A DNA stretch of 64,000 nt from Ramazzottius varieornatus (lineage: Eukaryota; Animalia; Tardigrada), in NCBI GenBank assembly GCA_001949185.1, contig BDGG01000001.1, forward strand, positions 4,329,624-4,393,623, in the 5' to 3' direction. Under the pieces are notes generated by a model. The model had not been told where the DNA came from and did not search any database. It saw nothing but the letters and a program-made list of their open reading frames with translations. Position 1 is the stretch's first letter. Each line of letters begins with the position of its first letter. Shown in pieces: positions 1 through 11,408 of the stretch. A program made the translations under genes and the position numbers.

Positions 1-2277
1 CGGGCTCTACGCACAGCTTCACCGGCTTCTGATCACAACAAGCTGCAACATGGCGACACCGTAAAAACTGCCCAGTGAATGCTTTCTGAATATTCTGGAG
101 CTCACCACACAAACTCAACAAGATCGTTTGTCAAAGTGGAGCACGTATTTGGCCGATAACACTGCAAGCTTACGCCACTTGGGAAAACCACTGTATCGAG
201 TTTGACCGTCAAGCGGCCCGAGTACCATGTATGATATCTATCAACCTTATTTTTCTTTCTATATTACTCGAACTATTCCTATTGGTGATTTTTGGGAATG
301 TCCAGGAAACGTACCTTCAACAACGGCAGTGGCAGTCTGGATAGATCTCAATGCCGGCGATACAAAGACACGGTTGAAGCTGACACCGGCATCTTTCATC
401 GCTTTCCCCGTTATCTGTGCTTGTAGTACGCCCACTGAAGTCAGCGGAGGATCGCTGGCATAAGCCAAAGGGCCATCCTTGCGCTTCGGCAGAGACTTGG
501 GCATGTTCAGATCCGATCTCGTAAAGCTGCCTGCTACAATATCCCAACGTCAGAAGGCAATGGAAGTGATTTCAGAATTCAGCCCCCCCTTACTTGTTGC
601 ATCGAAGCATGTCTTGATCCAGTCCATGCCAAAAACAAAATCCATTCTTTCGCCGTGTCTCATTACATACAGCGTGCTCGTACTGGAAGAACCGGAAGCT
701 ATCCCATCGTATTGGAAACTATCGTGAAGAAGAGGTTGCGGCGTTCCGTTATGGAGTTCCGTGCTGCTTCGCACTGCCGGATGGACTTTCGTATGCGAAC
801 GCCTCTCGGTCTCTACCCACCGTTTCCTCTGAGCCGCTGGACACAGTCGCTCCACTGCCTCACTGTTTACAGTTTCGTCCTTCAAGAAAGGCACTGAACG
901 ATGGAGAATCCATAGATCGGAATCGACACATCGCGTCAGTCCATTGAGGGGAACCAGGCCAGTCTTCCCGGTTGACCAACTGGTACCTCTTACCCAAGCA
1001 GTCTAAAAAACAGAAAAGATAGAGCAGAATCCAGGCTCAGGTCAGCACTCGGAGTGGTACGAGAACGGCGCTCTGCTGGGTACATTCCGCCGTTTTACAA
1101 CGATTACGCCTGTCAAAGTGGTGCCCAGCACGGCCTTGTTGGCGTTGTTCGTAGCAAAAAGGCAGAATTAACTGGAGCGATAAAACTATACAAGATGAAA
1201 ACTATACAGATATAACTGCTCCCACCGATCCGGACTGGTTTCGATCCAGTTCATTCGGTGAGATATAGACGTAGTCGTCGGGCGTGAAAGAGAGTTCGTC
1301 CGTCCGAGCTGGCGAAGACTCCCACGGATAGTACATCCGGTACACTTCATGGCCGTTGAAGCGCGGATCTCTGGACAGAAGAAGAAAGTACCAGCCGGCG
1401 CGGTTCTTCAGAGGGATGCTCTGAGCTAATTTCATTATGGCTTGTCGTTGTTCGGGAGGAAAGCTGTGGGCCAGGGTCAGGTGGTACCTTTTGGTGGAAA
1501 GAACCACTGGCGCTTCCCTATCTGAAAACATAACCAAAATGTGGGCAGGGTGATTACGGATCGTTTGATTCGTTTTCTTCGGTAACGGGCATTTCCTCCC
1601 TACCCGCGGCAACAAATGTGACATACCTGGTGCGATGAGAGAATGCGCCTGATCGAGGAGAACACGTAGAAACTCTTTAGCTGCTTTGTCACTGTTCTCA
1701 TCGACGAACAACCCGACGAACGGTTCTCTTTCGGATCCGTGGAGATCCACCCGAACTTTCTGAGGAAGCCCGTCGCGTTCTTCCAGGGAGCGATGAGCAT
1801 GGTCCATCGCTCGAATTATGACCGGAACACTAGCAGCGTCTACCTGTCGTCGAACATAACTCTGACAGAACATCCGACCGGAAATGATGTCTAGTGAGCG
1901 AAAGTGATACCCGAAACGCAGGACAGATGGTGACATGTGGCATATGCCTAAAGGCTCCGTTCTTCCCACATAGATCTGCAGATTTGGCCCGGAAGTCCTG
2001 GATGTTACCGGCCAGTACCCCAGCTGGACATAGGTAGACGACGTATTCCCTGTTGTCATTGCTGTCCAGCGATGGGTCGTCCTTGTGTGAGAGAATCCAG
2101 TCCAAGGCAGCCTGTACGCTAATGTCCCCAGTGTTCACGACAGCCTTTTCCCTGCAAAACGATGGAAAAAAACGTAAATTCTTCATGCAGCTGGCAAGAG
2201 AAGGGATAGATAGCTACGTACGCTCGATGAAGAGGGAAGCCCATTCGGACGAGAACATCCTGCGTGGCCGACGACAT
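1..2277 (-). CDS. UBASH3: UBASH3/Sts-family protein (UBA, 2H-phosphoesterase, SH3, histidine phosphatase); multi-exon, 3' end runs off the window
   Basis: ATG at 2277 gives MSSATQDVLVRMGFPLHRA, spliced to EKAVVNTGDISVQAALDWILSH (UBA). 2H motifs PHVT and YHLT; SH3 with DELSFTPDDYV; phosphatase motifs LYVMRHGER and VFVSPALRSIQTA. Confidence 0.9.
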
Positions 2278-2400
2278 CTTACTGCACCTCCCGACTCCCA
2301 GCCTGACACAAATGGGTAATAAATCTCCTACTCCAGCGCTGCACTACATCTTCCGGAAAGAGTTGATGGAGGAATCAGCGGAGGATGTCGACGGTAATAG

Positions 2401-2604
2401 CAGCGGCGGCTTTATGTCGCCAACTATCTGCTATTTTTTCATTTTGACCTTTAGCCCCCGGGTACTAGGGGGAAATTAGTGAAACAACGTGCACAACGCA
2501 GCCCGCACTTCCAGCGTGTTTCTATACCTTTGCCCACGGTATCTCCGGGCCGCCCCGGGAAATGCAAAAAATAACAGATAGTTGGCGACAAAACGCCGCC
2601 GCTG
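2401..2604. repeat. ~38-bp inverted repeat upstream of the UBASH3 start
   Basis: cagcggcggctttatgtcgccaactatctgctattttt (2401-2438) is the near-perfect reverse complement of aaaaataacagatagttggcgacaaaacgccgccgctg (~2567-2604). Confidence 0.75.
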
Positions 2605-3347
2605 GGTGATAGTCAAACACGGGAACAGGATGAAAAAAGGTCTGCCGTCTGTATTTCTGGTTCTGAAAACCACAACATTGGTCAGGGTCACCACTCGCAA
2701 GACTGGGGGAGCCCGGGTACCGGAAAAATAACCCCCCTGAGGGGCTGGGGCTCCTGCATACAAAGTAGTACGATTTTGATTCTTGAACCTTCAAGATTCA
2801 AGAATCAAGATTGATCAGTCGGTCGGCGGGCGGAAATTCTTTGTTTCTCATCTCACAAGGCAGTCAGATCGTATTCTTCTTGGATTTTATATGCAAATTT
2901 TGCTGCTGAGAAGGGAAGCGGCACGCTAGGGGAGCACGCTGGCAGGGTTACCATTCGAAACGACCATGCTGCATGCACGCGGCTGGAACACGGAGAACGT
3001 CGACTGGGGATGGCAGGGTAAAGCGAGGAAGCTGTCGGATGCGAGGAGAATATCTGTTCAAGAACATGCCCATTCCAGCCGATGTCCATTCGTGTGTCGC
3101 AGATGAATACAGCAAGACAGAGAAGATGCCTGCTTACAAGTAAGTGTGAGGATTATGCTGTGGATTATGTCTTGCTTGCTATTGCAAAGGTACAATGTTA
3201 TACAAGTTATGGACCCTAATAGGACATTGTGGTCGGACGGATTAACTGTTTCTGTCTTGCTCTTACGCCATGTCTCCCTGTATCTTCAGCCTGTTTAACA
3301 GGATAGCATTCAGCCCTTGCCTTGGTGGAAGCTGACTTCTCAACGTT

Positions 3348-3379
3348 CCAGCTCTAGAGGTACCCAGCTCTAGAGGTAC
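3348..3379. repeat. 16-bp tandem duplication
   Basis: ccagctctagaggtac present twice in tandem. Confidence 0.85.
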
Positions 3380-3655
3380 TTCCTTACAACTCCATGAAGT
3401 TCACTTGCACGATTACCGCACGTCCTTTGAAACTGAACGAAAGTATCGTACTGTAATTCTCCAGCAAAGGGAAACCATCGTTTTCCGAATGGAACGTCAC
3501 GTTCGTCGATCGTAGCTCCGCAACATCTAGTTGCTTACCAGAGTACCAGTATCTCGCACCATTCGAGCAACCTCATTGTGGAACAATCCACGAGGTCTCG
3601 CTTACTCTGCGCGGTTATCCGGCCGATCAAAATAAGAGGCGAACATCTTCGGCAA

Positions 3656-4389
3656 ATGACACGAAATACACCAACGGAATTTTTGCGATATCTTCGATTC
3701 TGGGCCGTCCTCTGTTTGTTGCTTATTCCAAACATATGTAAGTTGCCCGCTGTTCTTTGCTTGTCCGAGTCTTCCCCGGTTTGATCACTTATTTTGTAGC
3801 CGGGCAGCTACAGTGCTACGTTTGCGACGACATCGTCAGTAAAGACTGCCTCCTAAACAGCACGTCCCCGTCACTGGCCCCGTTCCTCAAGCCATGCGAT
3901 GCAGGATATGGCCGGTGTGTAACAGAAGATATCGCAAATGTGTGGGAATTGAACCTTGCAGGTACTTCTTCGTTTCTGTCACACTAGGAACACATGAATA
4001 TACAACCGAATAATCTCTTACTGTGGCTGACAGTTTGGCTCGAAATGTAACCTTATTCGTGTTTTTTTCCAGCCACGGAGCCTGCCGTTCTGAGGCGTTG
4101 TGACCAAGGTCCCGCTGTCGACTCGTATATCTGCACGATGGGTCCCAATGCTGCCGGAAAAACTTCTAACGTTTGCGCCTGCAGCAGCGATTCGTGTAAC
4201 GGGATAGTTGAATTCAAGGCTCGCCGCGCCTGGGAATGGAAATTCATCGAGTTCGACAGAGTGAACAAGGCAAAGCTAGCCAAGCTTCTGGCAGAGCTGA
4301 ATTCGTCCAGCAAGTTAACCTTTGCAGTGCCTCCCTCATTTCACCTTTTATCCTACGCAGTTTTGCGCATTTTCAGTGTTCGGGCATGA
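3656..4389 (+). CDS. Ly6/uPAR three-finger protein (quiver/sleepless-like), probably GPI-anchored; 3 exons
   Basis: Exons 3656-3737, 3800-3961, 4073-4389 with GT-AG junctions. Signal peptide FWAVLCLLLIPNI; LQCYVC...RRC...CACSSDSCN with 10 Cys; hydrophobic C-terminus. Confidence 0.82.
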
Positions 4390-4626
4390 ATGTCAAATTA
4401 TTGAAGTAGTGCATGTTGTTTTATGACTTTTATCCGCTTAGCAACTTCTTTCCTTGAGGTCAAACTTCAAATTGGCACTTCATTAGAAAACTTGAGGTTT
4501 CGATCAACAGAATAACGAAGCAAGCTTTTTGTTTCTGGATTGCTGGCATACTGGTGTTACTACCAACTTTGATTTCACATACTCTCACAAGTTTTCCGGT
4601 GACATTTCGGCGTGATTCTCAAGAAA

Positions 4627-5052
4627 ATGATTTCGGTATCTTCGTCCAAAGTGTTTGCCAGTCTCGCTCTCATCATCGCAGCCAGCGCCGTCACGTCCAG
4701 TTGGGCGCGACCTTCGGCCTTCGGAGTTATGCCCATCCACGACATGCATCCGGAACCGAATGGCCAACACGACAACCACATTCCTCCACACCACCCGGAG
4801 CACCACGACAGACAGGTACGAAGCCCGCAGTTCAAGCCCAAGTACGAAGCGAATAGGCACGGGGAATCTCGCTTCAACAAGCGGGGTGCTCCAGCAGCTG
4901 GTCAGGAGCCTGAGGTAGCACGGTCCATGGGAGAATCATCACACGCTGAAGTACCTCTCGCGCAACGACAGACTGCCGACAAGATGTCTATGCAAGACTT
5001 TGTGTTTGGCCTGATGCCTTTCATCAAGACCCCCGCGCCCCCAACAGTATAG
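4627..5052 (+). CDS. Secreted His-rich peptide precursor-like protein (single exon)
   Basis: Signal peptide MISVSSSKVFASLALIIAASAVTSSWA, His-rich tract, RQVR and KR candidate convertase sites. Confidence 0.65.
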   Translation: MISVSSSKVFASLALIIAASAVTSSWARPSAFGVMPIHDMHPEPNGQHDNHIPPHHPEHHDRQVRSPQFKPKYEANRHGESRFNKRGAPAAGQEPEVARSMGESSHAEVPLAQRQTADKMSMQDFVFGLMPFIKTPAPPTV

Positions 5053-5446
5053 AAGCTGTCTGCAGTTCGTTTCAATAGACGCTGTTTTTCGGGTTCGCCC
5101 GGAATACGGCCGCTTTGTTACGGTTATAGTAAAGGAGGAGTTATGGGGGACGTGGGCAGATAAACTGAACCAGATTATTTTTCCAAGTGGCGCAAACTTC
5201 AGTCTACCACAAATATCTATCACAGTGGAGACGTGCGCCACGTGGGTAACGATCTTTTTCAGTTCATTTGCCCAGGTTCCAATTTTGTTCAACTGAAAGT
5301 TATGTACACTAAATGTGGAAGTTACGTACGGAAGTTAACTCTCACAGCACACTCAACTCAAAACTAAGCGTTGCTGCGTAAAGCAATCAACATAATACTA
5401 AATTACTACTGGCAAACTTTCCTGTCAGAATCGGGTTTCCGGAACT

Positions 5447-8400
5447 TCAAAGAATGCAACACACTGCCGAACTGTTCGTCTTCGGAGGACCACACGGTAG
5501 GAACTTCCTCCCGTTCGTCGTCGTGAAAAGCAGAGACTTGACCTGGCGTTTGGGTTTCTTACCGTTCTTGACAAGAGTCTCGACGGAACTTTGCTTCACC
5601 AAAGGCTTCGTCTCCACCAGTTTGGTATTGGCACCCGGAAGTGAGTAGCTCGAGCCATTTCGATTTCCCACCAGTTCCGCCAAGTTTCTCTTTACGTCTT
5701 CGTCCATCGATTTCGACTCTGGTTGAACTGCAGGGGGCGGAGGCGGCGACGCTTTGTTGGGGTCCTTCCGGTTCAACAGCCACACCGGCATCGGCTTGGG
5801 CTTGCCCTTCATGGCCACGTGATCGTGGAAGGTAAACTCCATCTTGCTAATGTCTTGCTTGCTAGTTTGCAACCGACTACAGACGACAATCGAATCAACA
5901 GTCGATTTCTTCTCTTCTTTTATCGATTCATACCACAAACCTTCGTTTGTTTGGAATTCGCCACTTACTCGTAGGTGGATTGCGTAAGGTTGATGCAGCT
6001 CTTCTTCCCGTAAGTTTTTGTCCTGCTGGTCGTATTGATTGTGTCACCAAACCTGCAACAGCGCGTTTCGATCGCAAAGCTCGTTATAAGGGTGTGGGCA
6101 AGGTTTCCACAAAACGGACTTACAAACAATATCGAGGCATACGACTTCCGATAATACCGGCGACGATTTCGCCAGAGTGAATACCGACGGTGATCTGAAT
6201 AAATATTACCCTTGGCGTAGCGAGCATTTGGATACACTTAATAGATAGAAACACAGATCGATCGACGTACATGGAAGTTTTCTGTGCCGAAAAACAATTT
6301 CTCACATCCGGCGTAGAGGTCCATAGCCAACTCAACCACAGCATTAGCCGGATCTAGGATTAAAAAAGGCGTGCATTCGTATTCTGAACTGTTTGAATAA
6401 TGAACCATGGTCTCCGTCACTTTTTTACCCGCTTAATAAAGAAAAGNNNNNNNNNNNNNNNNNNNNNNNNNNNNNNNNNNNNNNNNNNNNNNNNNNNNNN
6501 NNNNNNNNNNNNNNNNNNNNNNNNNNNNNNNNNNNNNNNNNNNNNNNNNNNNNNNNNNNNNNNNNNNNNNNNNNNNNNNNNNNNNNNNNNNNNNNNNNNN
6601 NNNNNNNNNNNNNNNNNNNNNNNNNNNNNNNNNNNNNNNNNNNNNNNNNNNNNNNNNNNNNNNNNNNNNNNNNNNNNNNNNNNNNNNNNNNNNNNNNNNN
6701 NNNNNNNNNNNNNNNNNNNNNNNNNNNNNNNNNNNNNNNNNNNNNNNNNNNNNNNNNNNNNNNNNNNNNNNNNNNNNNNNNNNNNNNNNNNNNNNNNNNN
6801 NNNNNNNNNNNNNNNNNNNNNNNNNNNNNNNNNNNNNNNNNNNNNNNNNNNNNNNNNNNNNNNNNNNNNNNNNNNNNNNNNNNNNNNNNNNNNNNNNNNN
6901 NNNNNNNNNNNNNNNNNNNNNNNNNNNNNNNNNNNNNNNNNNNNNNNNNNNNNNNNNNNNNNNNNNNNNNNNNNNNNNNNNNNNNNNNNNNNNNNNNNNN
7001 NNNNNNNNNNNNNNNNNNNNNNNNNNNNNNNNNNNNNNNNNNNNNNNNNNNNNNNNNNNNNNNNNNNNNNNNNNNNNNNNNCTCCTTTTACCTTCGACTA
7101 CTTGCGGACATCCGCTCACAACGATGTAGCAATCGGCAATCGTTTCAACCTGTCGAAAGTAAAAAGAACTTGAGTGTTTTACGACAATGAAAGTGACCGC
7201 GGAGAAAACACTGACCTTGTAAATTTTCGGATGGATGGCCGGATCGAGGATGGTATCGAAGATGGTATAGCAGCTGTTCAGCAGTATCACAATGTCCAAA
7301 GGTTCGTGGGAGGCGGAGAAGGCCTCGAAGCCGTCAATGGTACTGAACATCAACGTGATGTCCTCGTACTTCTTACTGGGAATGGGTTTCTTACGTCGAA
7401 GGTCGTCTGCGATGGCTGGAGGCACCACCGAGTAAATCAACCTGTAAAGACACGAGTACAAATCATGCATCAAAAATTCTGAAACTCGGAGGTATTAAAT
7501 TTACTGATCGGTTTTCTTCTTTTCGTCCTCAAGTTTTTCGAATCCGGCCTGAAGATCGTTTGTCATCTTTTCCAGTTCTTTTGAAATTTCCTGTTCTTCG
7601 GCAAAATTCTCGGCCATGAACATTAGCTCTTTCGATGCATCATGAAGTGGAATGTCTGCGAGTCTTACGCCCATTTCGTAAAGATCTTGCAAATCCGTTG
7701 GGTTAGGCGAGCACAAGAAGATGATAACGTTGTACTGCCATTGGAAGGCCATACGCCCTTTGATTTTCAACGGTTTGGTGGCGGTCGCTTCATTTTGCAG
7801 AAGGACGTACACTGTATTGATGTGGGCCAAAATACTGGCAAAGTTGAAGTCCAATCGAGGTCGGGTGATTTGAAAAAGTTCGTCGATCTTACCACCCACT
7901 ATTCCCAGTGGAAATAGGCGCTTCATCACGTTGCCCACACTGGTGATCTCCAGTTCTCGGTTGAAAGTAATGTGGAAGGGGTAGAGGCGGGAGAAGCTCT
8001 CGGGACTGATGGCTTCTTTCGAAGGTATGACGTTCTTATTAACCACCGCGACAGTTTCGCCCATACCTTCTTTCTTGTGGGTACCTTCCTTGTCGGTCGC
8101 GACGATTTTGATGAAGAAACAGACTTCGCCCACTTCTTCCGCGCGATCGTTGGCTTCGTTGATTTCAATAGTCACCCCGAACAAATCTTTCATAGCACCT
8201 TTGAGGACGCCCTTAACGACGGAACTCAGACCAATACGGACTGAGTAGTAATGGAGGTAGAACTCGGTTCCGTCTCCGTCTTCTTCGAAAGTGACACGGA
8301 AGGAAGGCGCCCGGTAGCCGACGAATGTGGAGGAAAGGTGATCGTGCAGACCGTCCAGCTGTTCCAGGAAGTCCATGGGTGTTCCTCCGAGGGCGTAGAG

Positions 8401-10064
8401 TAGTTTGTCGTACCCGATTTCTTTGCAGTACTCGTAAAACATTCCGCCGAACAACTCCAGGATCAGAGTAGCGGGAACGCCTATAGAAGTTTTGATTCCT
8501 TGATCAGCTGTGTGAGTTTTCTTGACCCTGTTAAACTGAAACGGGACGTCGGCCAATGGATTGTTATCTCAAGTGGCGCATGTTCTGATTGTCATCAGCC
8601 AAAAGTGTGCGCCACTGGAGAAATCGATTCCGTTCAAGTTACTTTAGGTGTATTGCTGGACTTCAATGGGTCCCACCTAGGATTTTCTCCCCCGCCGCGA
8701 CCAGATCGAACGTCACAGAATCCTCGTACCGTTCGTACATGGAAAACGGTCCGACAATATTCGCTTGTTTCCTAAGAAAGAACACAATAGGTCAGCCGGT
8801 GCACAGGGCGCGAATGCAATAACGAACGGTTCAAGAAAACTTTTGGTTCCTTACTTTATGAGTTCCCATGTTTCGAGACCGAACTTCCGGGTTACAAGTT
8901 GTTCCACAATAATGTTGATCAGTCCATACTGAAACACAAACGAAAGCAAATGTCACGTGCATAAATACGGCGTACCACTGGGACAAAAGGGTATTTTGGG
9001 AGGCTCGTGCTGAGGTTGAACGGATTTTGATGAGGTCCATAGGCTTTACATAGGTCATCGTCACACACACACACACACCTTTCATTTATTTCACAATATC
9101 TCCTGGTCCCGTTGTCCATTTTCCAAAATTTAAATTCCACCGCGTAGATAATACTTCAGACTTTTAGATCACGTGACAGACCAGTCATCTTTTCAATCAA
9201 TCAGCCGGGAACCGTCTGCAGAGCGAACAAGGAAATACGGGTCGTTTTTAACTACTGGTCACCCGCCACATGACAGGTTCATGAGAGCGTCTAAATGGCC
9301 AGAAAAAACACTAAACGGCCAGGGAGAAAACGGGTTTAATTTGCGCGAAAAAGCGCGATGTAGAGCCCATGCGAATAAATTTGTGAAAAATTTACTGAAA
9401 ATCTTTTATCATGGAGTCGCTAGACCGATGTTCGAGCTGCGTTCTGGCCGTTTAGACGCTCTCATGAACCTGTCACGTGAAGGGTGACCAGCAGTAAAAA
9501 AGGAACCATATTTCCTTGTCCTCTCTGCAGACGGTTCCCGGCTGATCGATTGAAAAGATGACTGGTCTGTCACGTGATCTAAAAGTCTGAAGTATTATCT
9601 ACGCGGTGGAATTTAAATTTTGGAAAACGGACAACGGGACCAGGAGATATGATGAAACTAACGAAAGGTGTGGATGAGGATAACTTACGACAGTGACTGT
9701 AGTTTTACGAAAATAGTTACGTTCCAAAAGATTAATTTGGCTGAAAGTGAGGCGACACTGACAAAGGCCATCACCCAGCTATTCATATCATATTATCTAT
9801 GGAAATGAACTTCACCCTTCTCAATCGGAGGTTCCGAAAACGGAACGTATAATTAAAAACTCCACGCCAGTAGAAGCTACCAATAAATGACGAAGATTGG
9901 GAACTGGGCGAACGAAACGCGCAAGATCGTTTCCCAACAAGCGCACCCTTCTCGCCAGTAGAAATGGCCAGTAGAAATGGAAATGTGCGCCACGTGAGAT
10001 GGCGATCTTGAACGTACAGTATTATCCACTCAGCTCAAAATTACTAAAATAAATTGCTTACCAT
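5447..10064 (-). CDS. Soluble guanylyl cyclase, beta-type, paralogue 1 (H-NOX, PAS, coiled coil, cyclase, CaaX)
   Basis: ATG|gtaag at 10064; exon 2 from 8928 reads [25 protein letters not shown]. Haem His in [13 protein letters not shown] (YxSxR), KVETIAD, RYCLFGDTIN; ends CCIL. The N gap falls in an intron. Confidence 0.9.
6447..7081. other. Assembly gap (635 N) inside an sGC-1 intron
   Basis: Run of N; the flanking exons join in frame (VVE G|gtaaaa ... ctag|AT CCG). Confidence 0.95.
9074..9672. mobile_element. Foldback/MITE-like element with ~230-bp inverted arms, in sGC-1 intron 1
   Basis: ~9074-9304 is a highly similar reverse complement of ~9442-9672 (e.g. atatctcctggtcccgttgtcc...cgcgtagataatacttcagacttttagatcacgtgacagacc); no coding capacity evident. 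Confidence 0.88.
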
Positions 10065-11408
10065 GATTGGAACTTGGCGTCGAAGCTCCCAAGCCGAAGG
10101 CTTTTTTCTTGAAGTATTAGGATTCGCTGTCGATACCGAACGTTCAGAATGAAGTCCACCGTCTTAACAGCAAGTGTTGAAGGATAGTATGAGGCAATCA
10201 CTTCCCGAGTGCTACCACATTATGGATCTGAAGCACGGCATCGCCGATATTTCAATCTCGGATTTCTATAAGAGCAGACTGGATAGCGTTTTGGACAGGA
10301 GAAATGTGTTATCTGACCAACAAAGAGTTGTCAATGACTCTGTGGAACACGGAAGTCGAAAGTCAGGTTGCATTCGACTTTCGGTTTGATGGTGATTCAA
10401 AGTGTTGCAACAGCGGAACGTGGCTTGAAAGGGGTTAGCCCAATGCAATATAACCTTCACAACTAGCTTTACACGCTTCTGCAATTACGCATACCTATTG
10501 TTTGACAGCATTACCTGAAGTGTTTATTCATTCCAGAACCCACTCTCTTTGATCATATCCGCTCTAGTCCTCCATGCGTTCGCCAACCTTCTCACCTTCT
10601 CTCCTTATCCTCTCGCTGGCTAATACTTTATAACCTTTGTCTTTCAAGCAGCGTACTTTCTGTAACACAATGAAAAAGCACATGGATCAGATTTGATTAA
10701 AAAACTCACAACTAAATTACGCACCTACGTTATGATGAGTGTACTTTGTGGTGGCGGTCCAGGTCTCGAAAGTTACTGTATGTCGCCGATAATATCGATC
10801 CTCAGAGCACTGCAGCCGCAGTAAGCACGTATTTTCAGGGGAGAAAAGGATTCCCAGTACGAAACCTCACCGCATCGTGTGGTACTCCCCATTGTTCCTG
10901 GACTAGCAAAATAATGCGGGAAGATGGAAAGATAACAGAACGCCTGTAAGTCTATGTTGTGCGGATTCTACCCGCAGGAGGCAGTTTGAACGATACCAAG
11001 GTCGAGCGCGACCAATCCTGGTCGCACAAGGAAGAATACTATTCCTTTCGCTCTAAATCATCGTGTTATGGGGAACGAACACGGAAACGGCTGGCGTTAT
11101 GGAAGCTGCACACCGCAAGACTCGCAGCGGAAGCTATCAGTTGATGACGGTAAACCTTAGAAAATGAAGCGAGGGTGGGCGGACAAAATGCGAGGAGCTA
11201 GCAGAATGAAGAATGAATTAAGGTAAAAGGTAAAAACTAAAAAAATCATTTGTCATCTGATGGTCATGGTCAAATATGGCTATAACTTTTACGTTCACAC
11301 CGAGTGCGTACAAGTAGGAATATGAGAAGGACGAAGCCAAGGAGAGGGAAGTTGCTTCACAGCAAATAAGCTCTTATTTTCTATTCACAATGCACAGAGC
11401 ACCTATTG

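Noticed and set aside
6393-7473. Long ORFs spanning the N run
   Set aside because: Artefacts of translating Ns; the gap is intronic.
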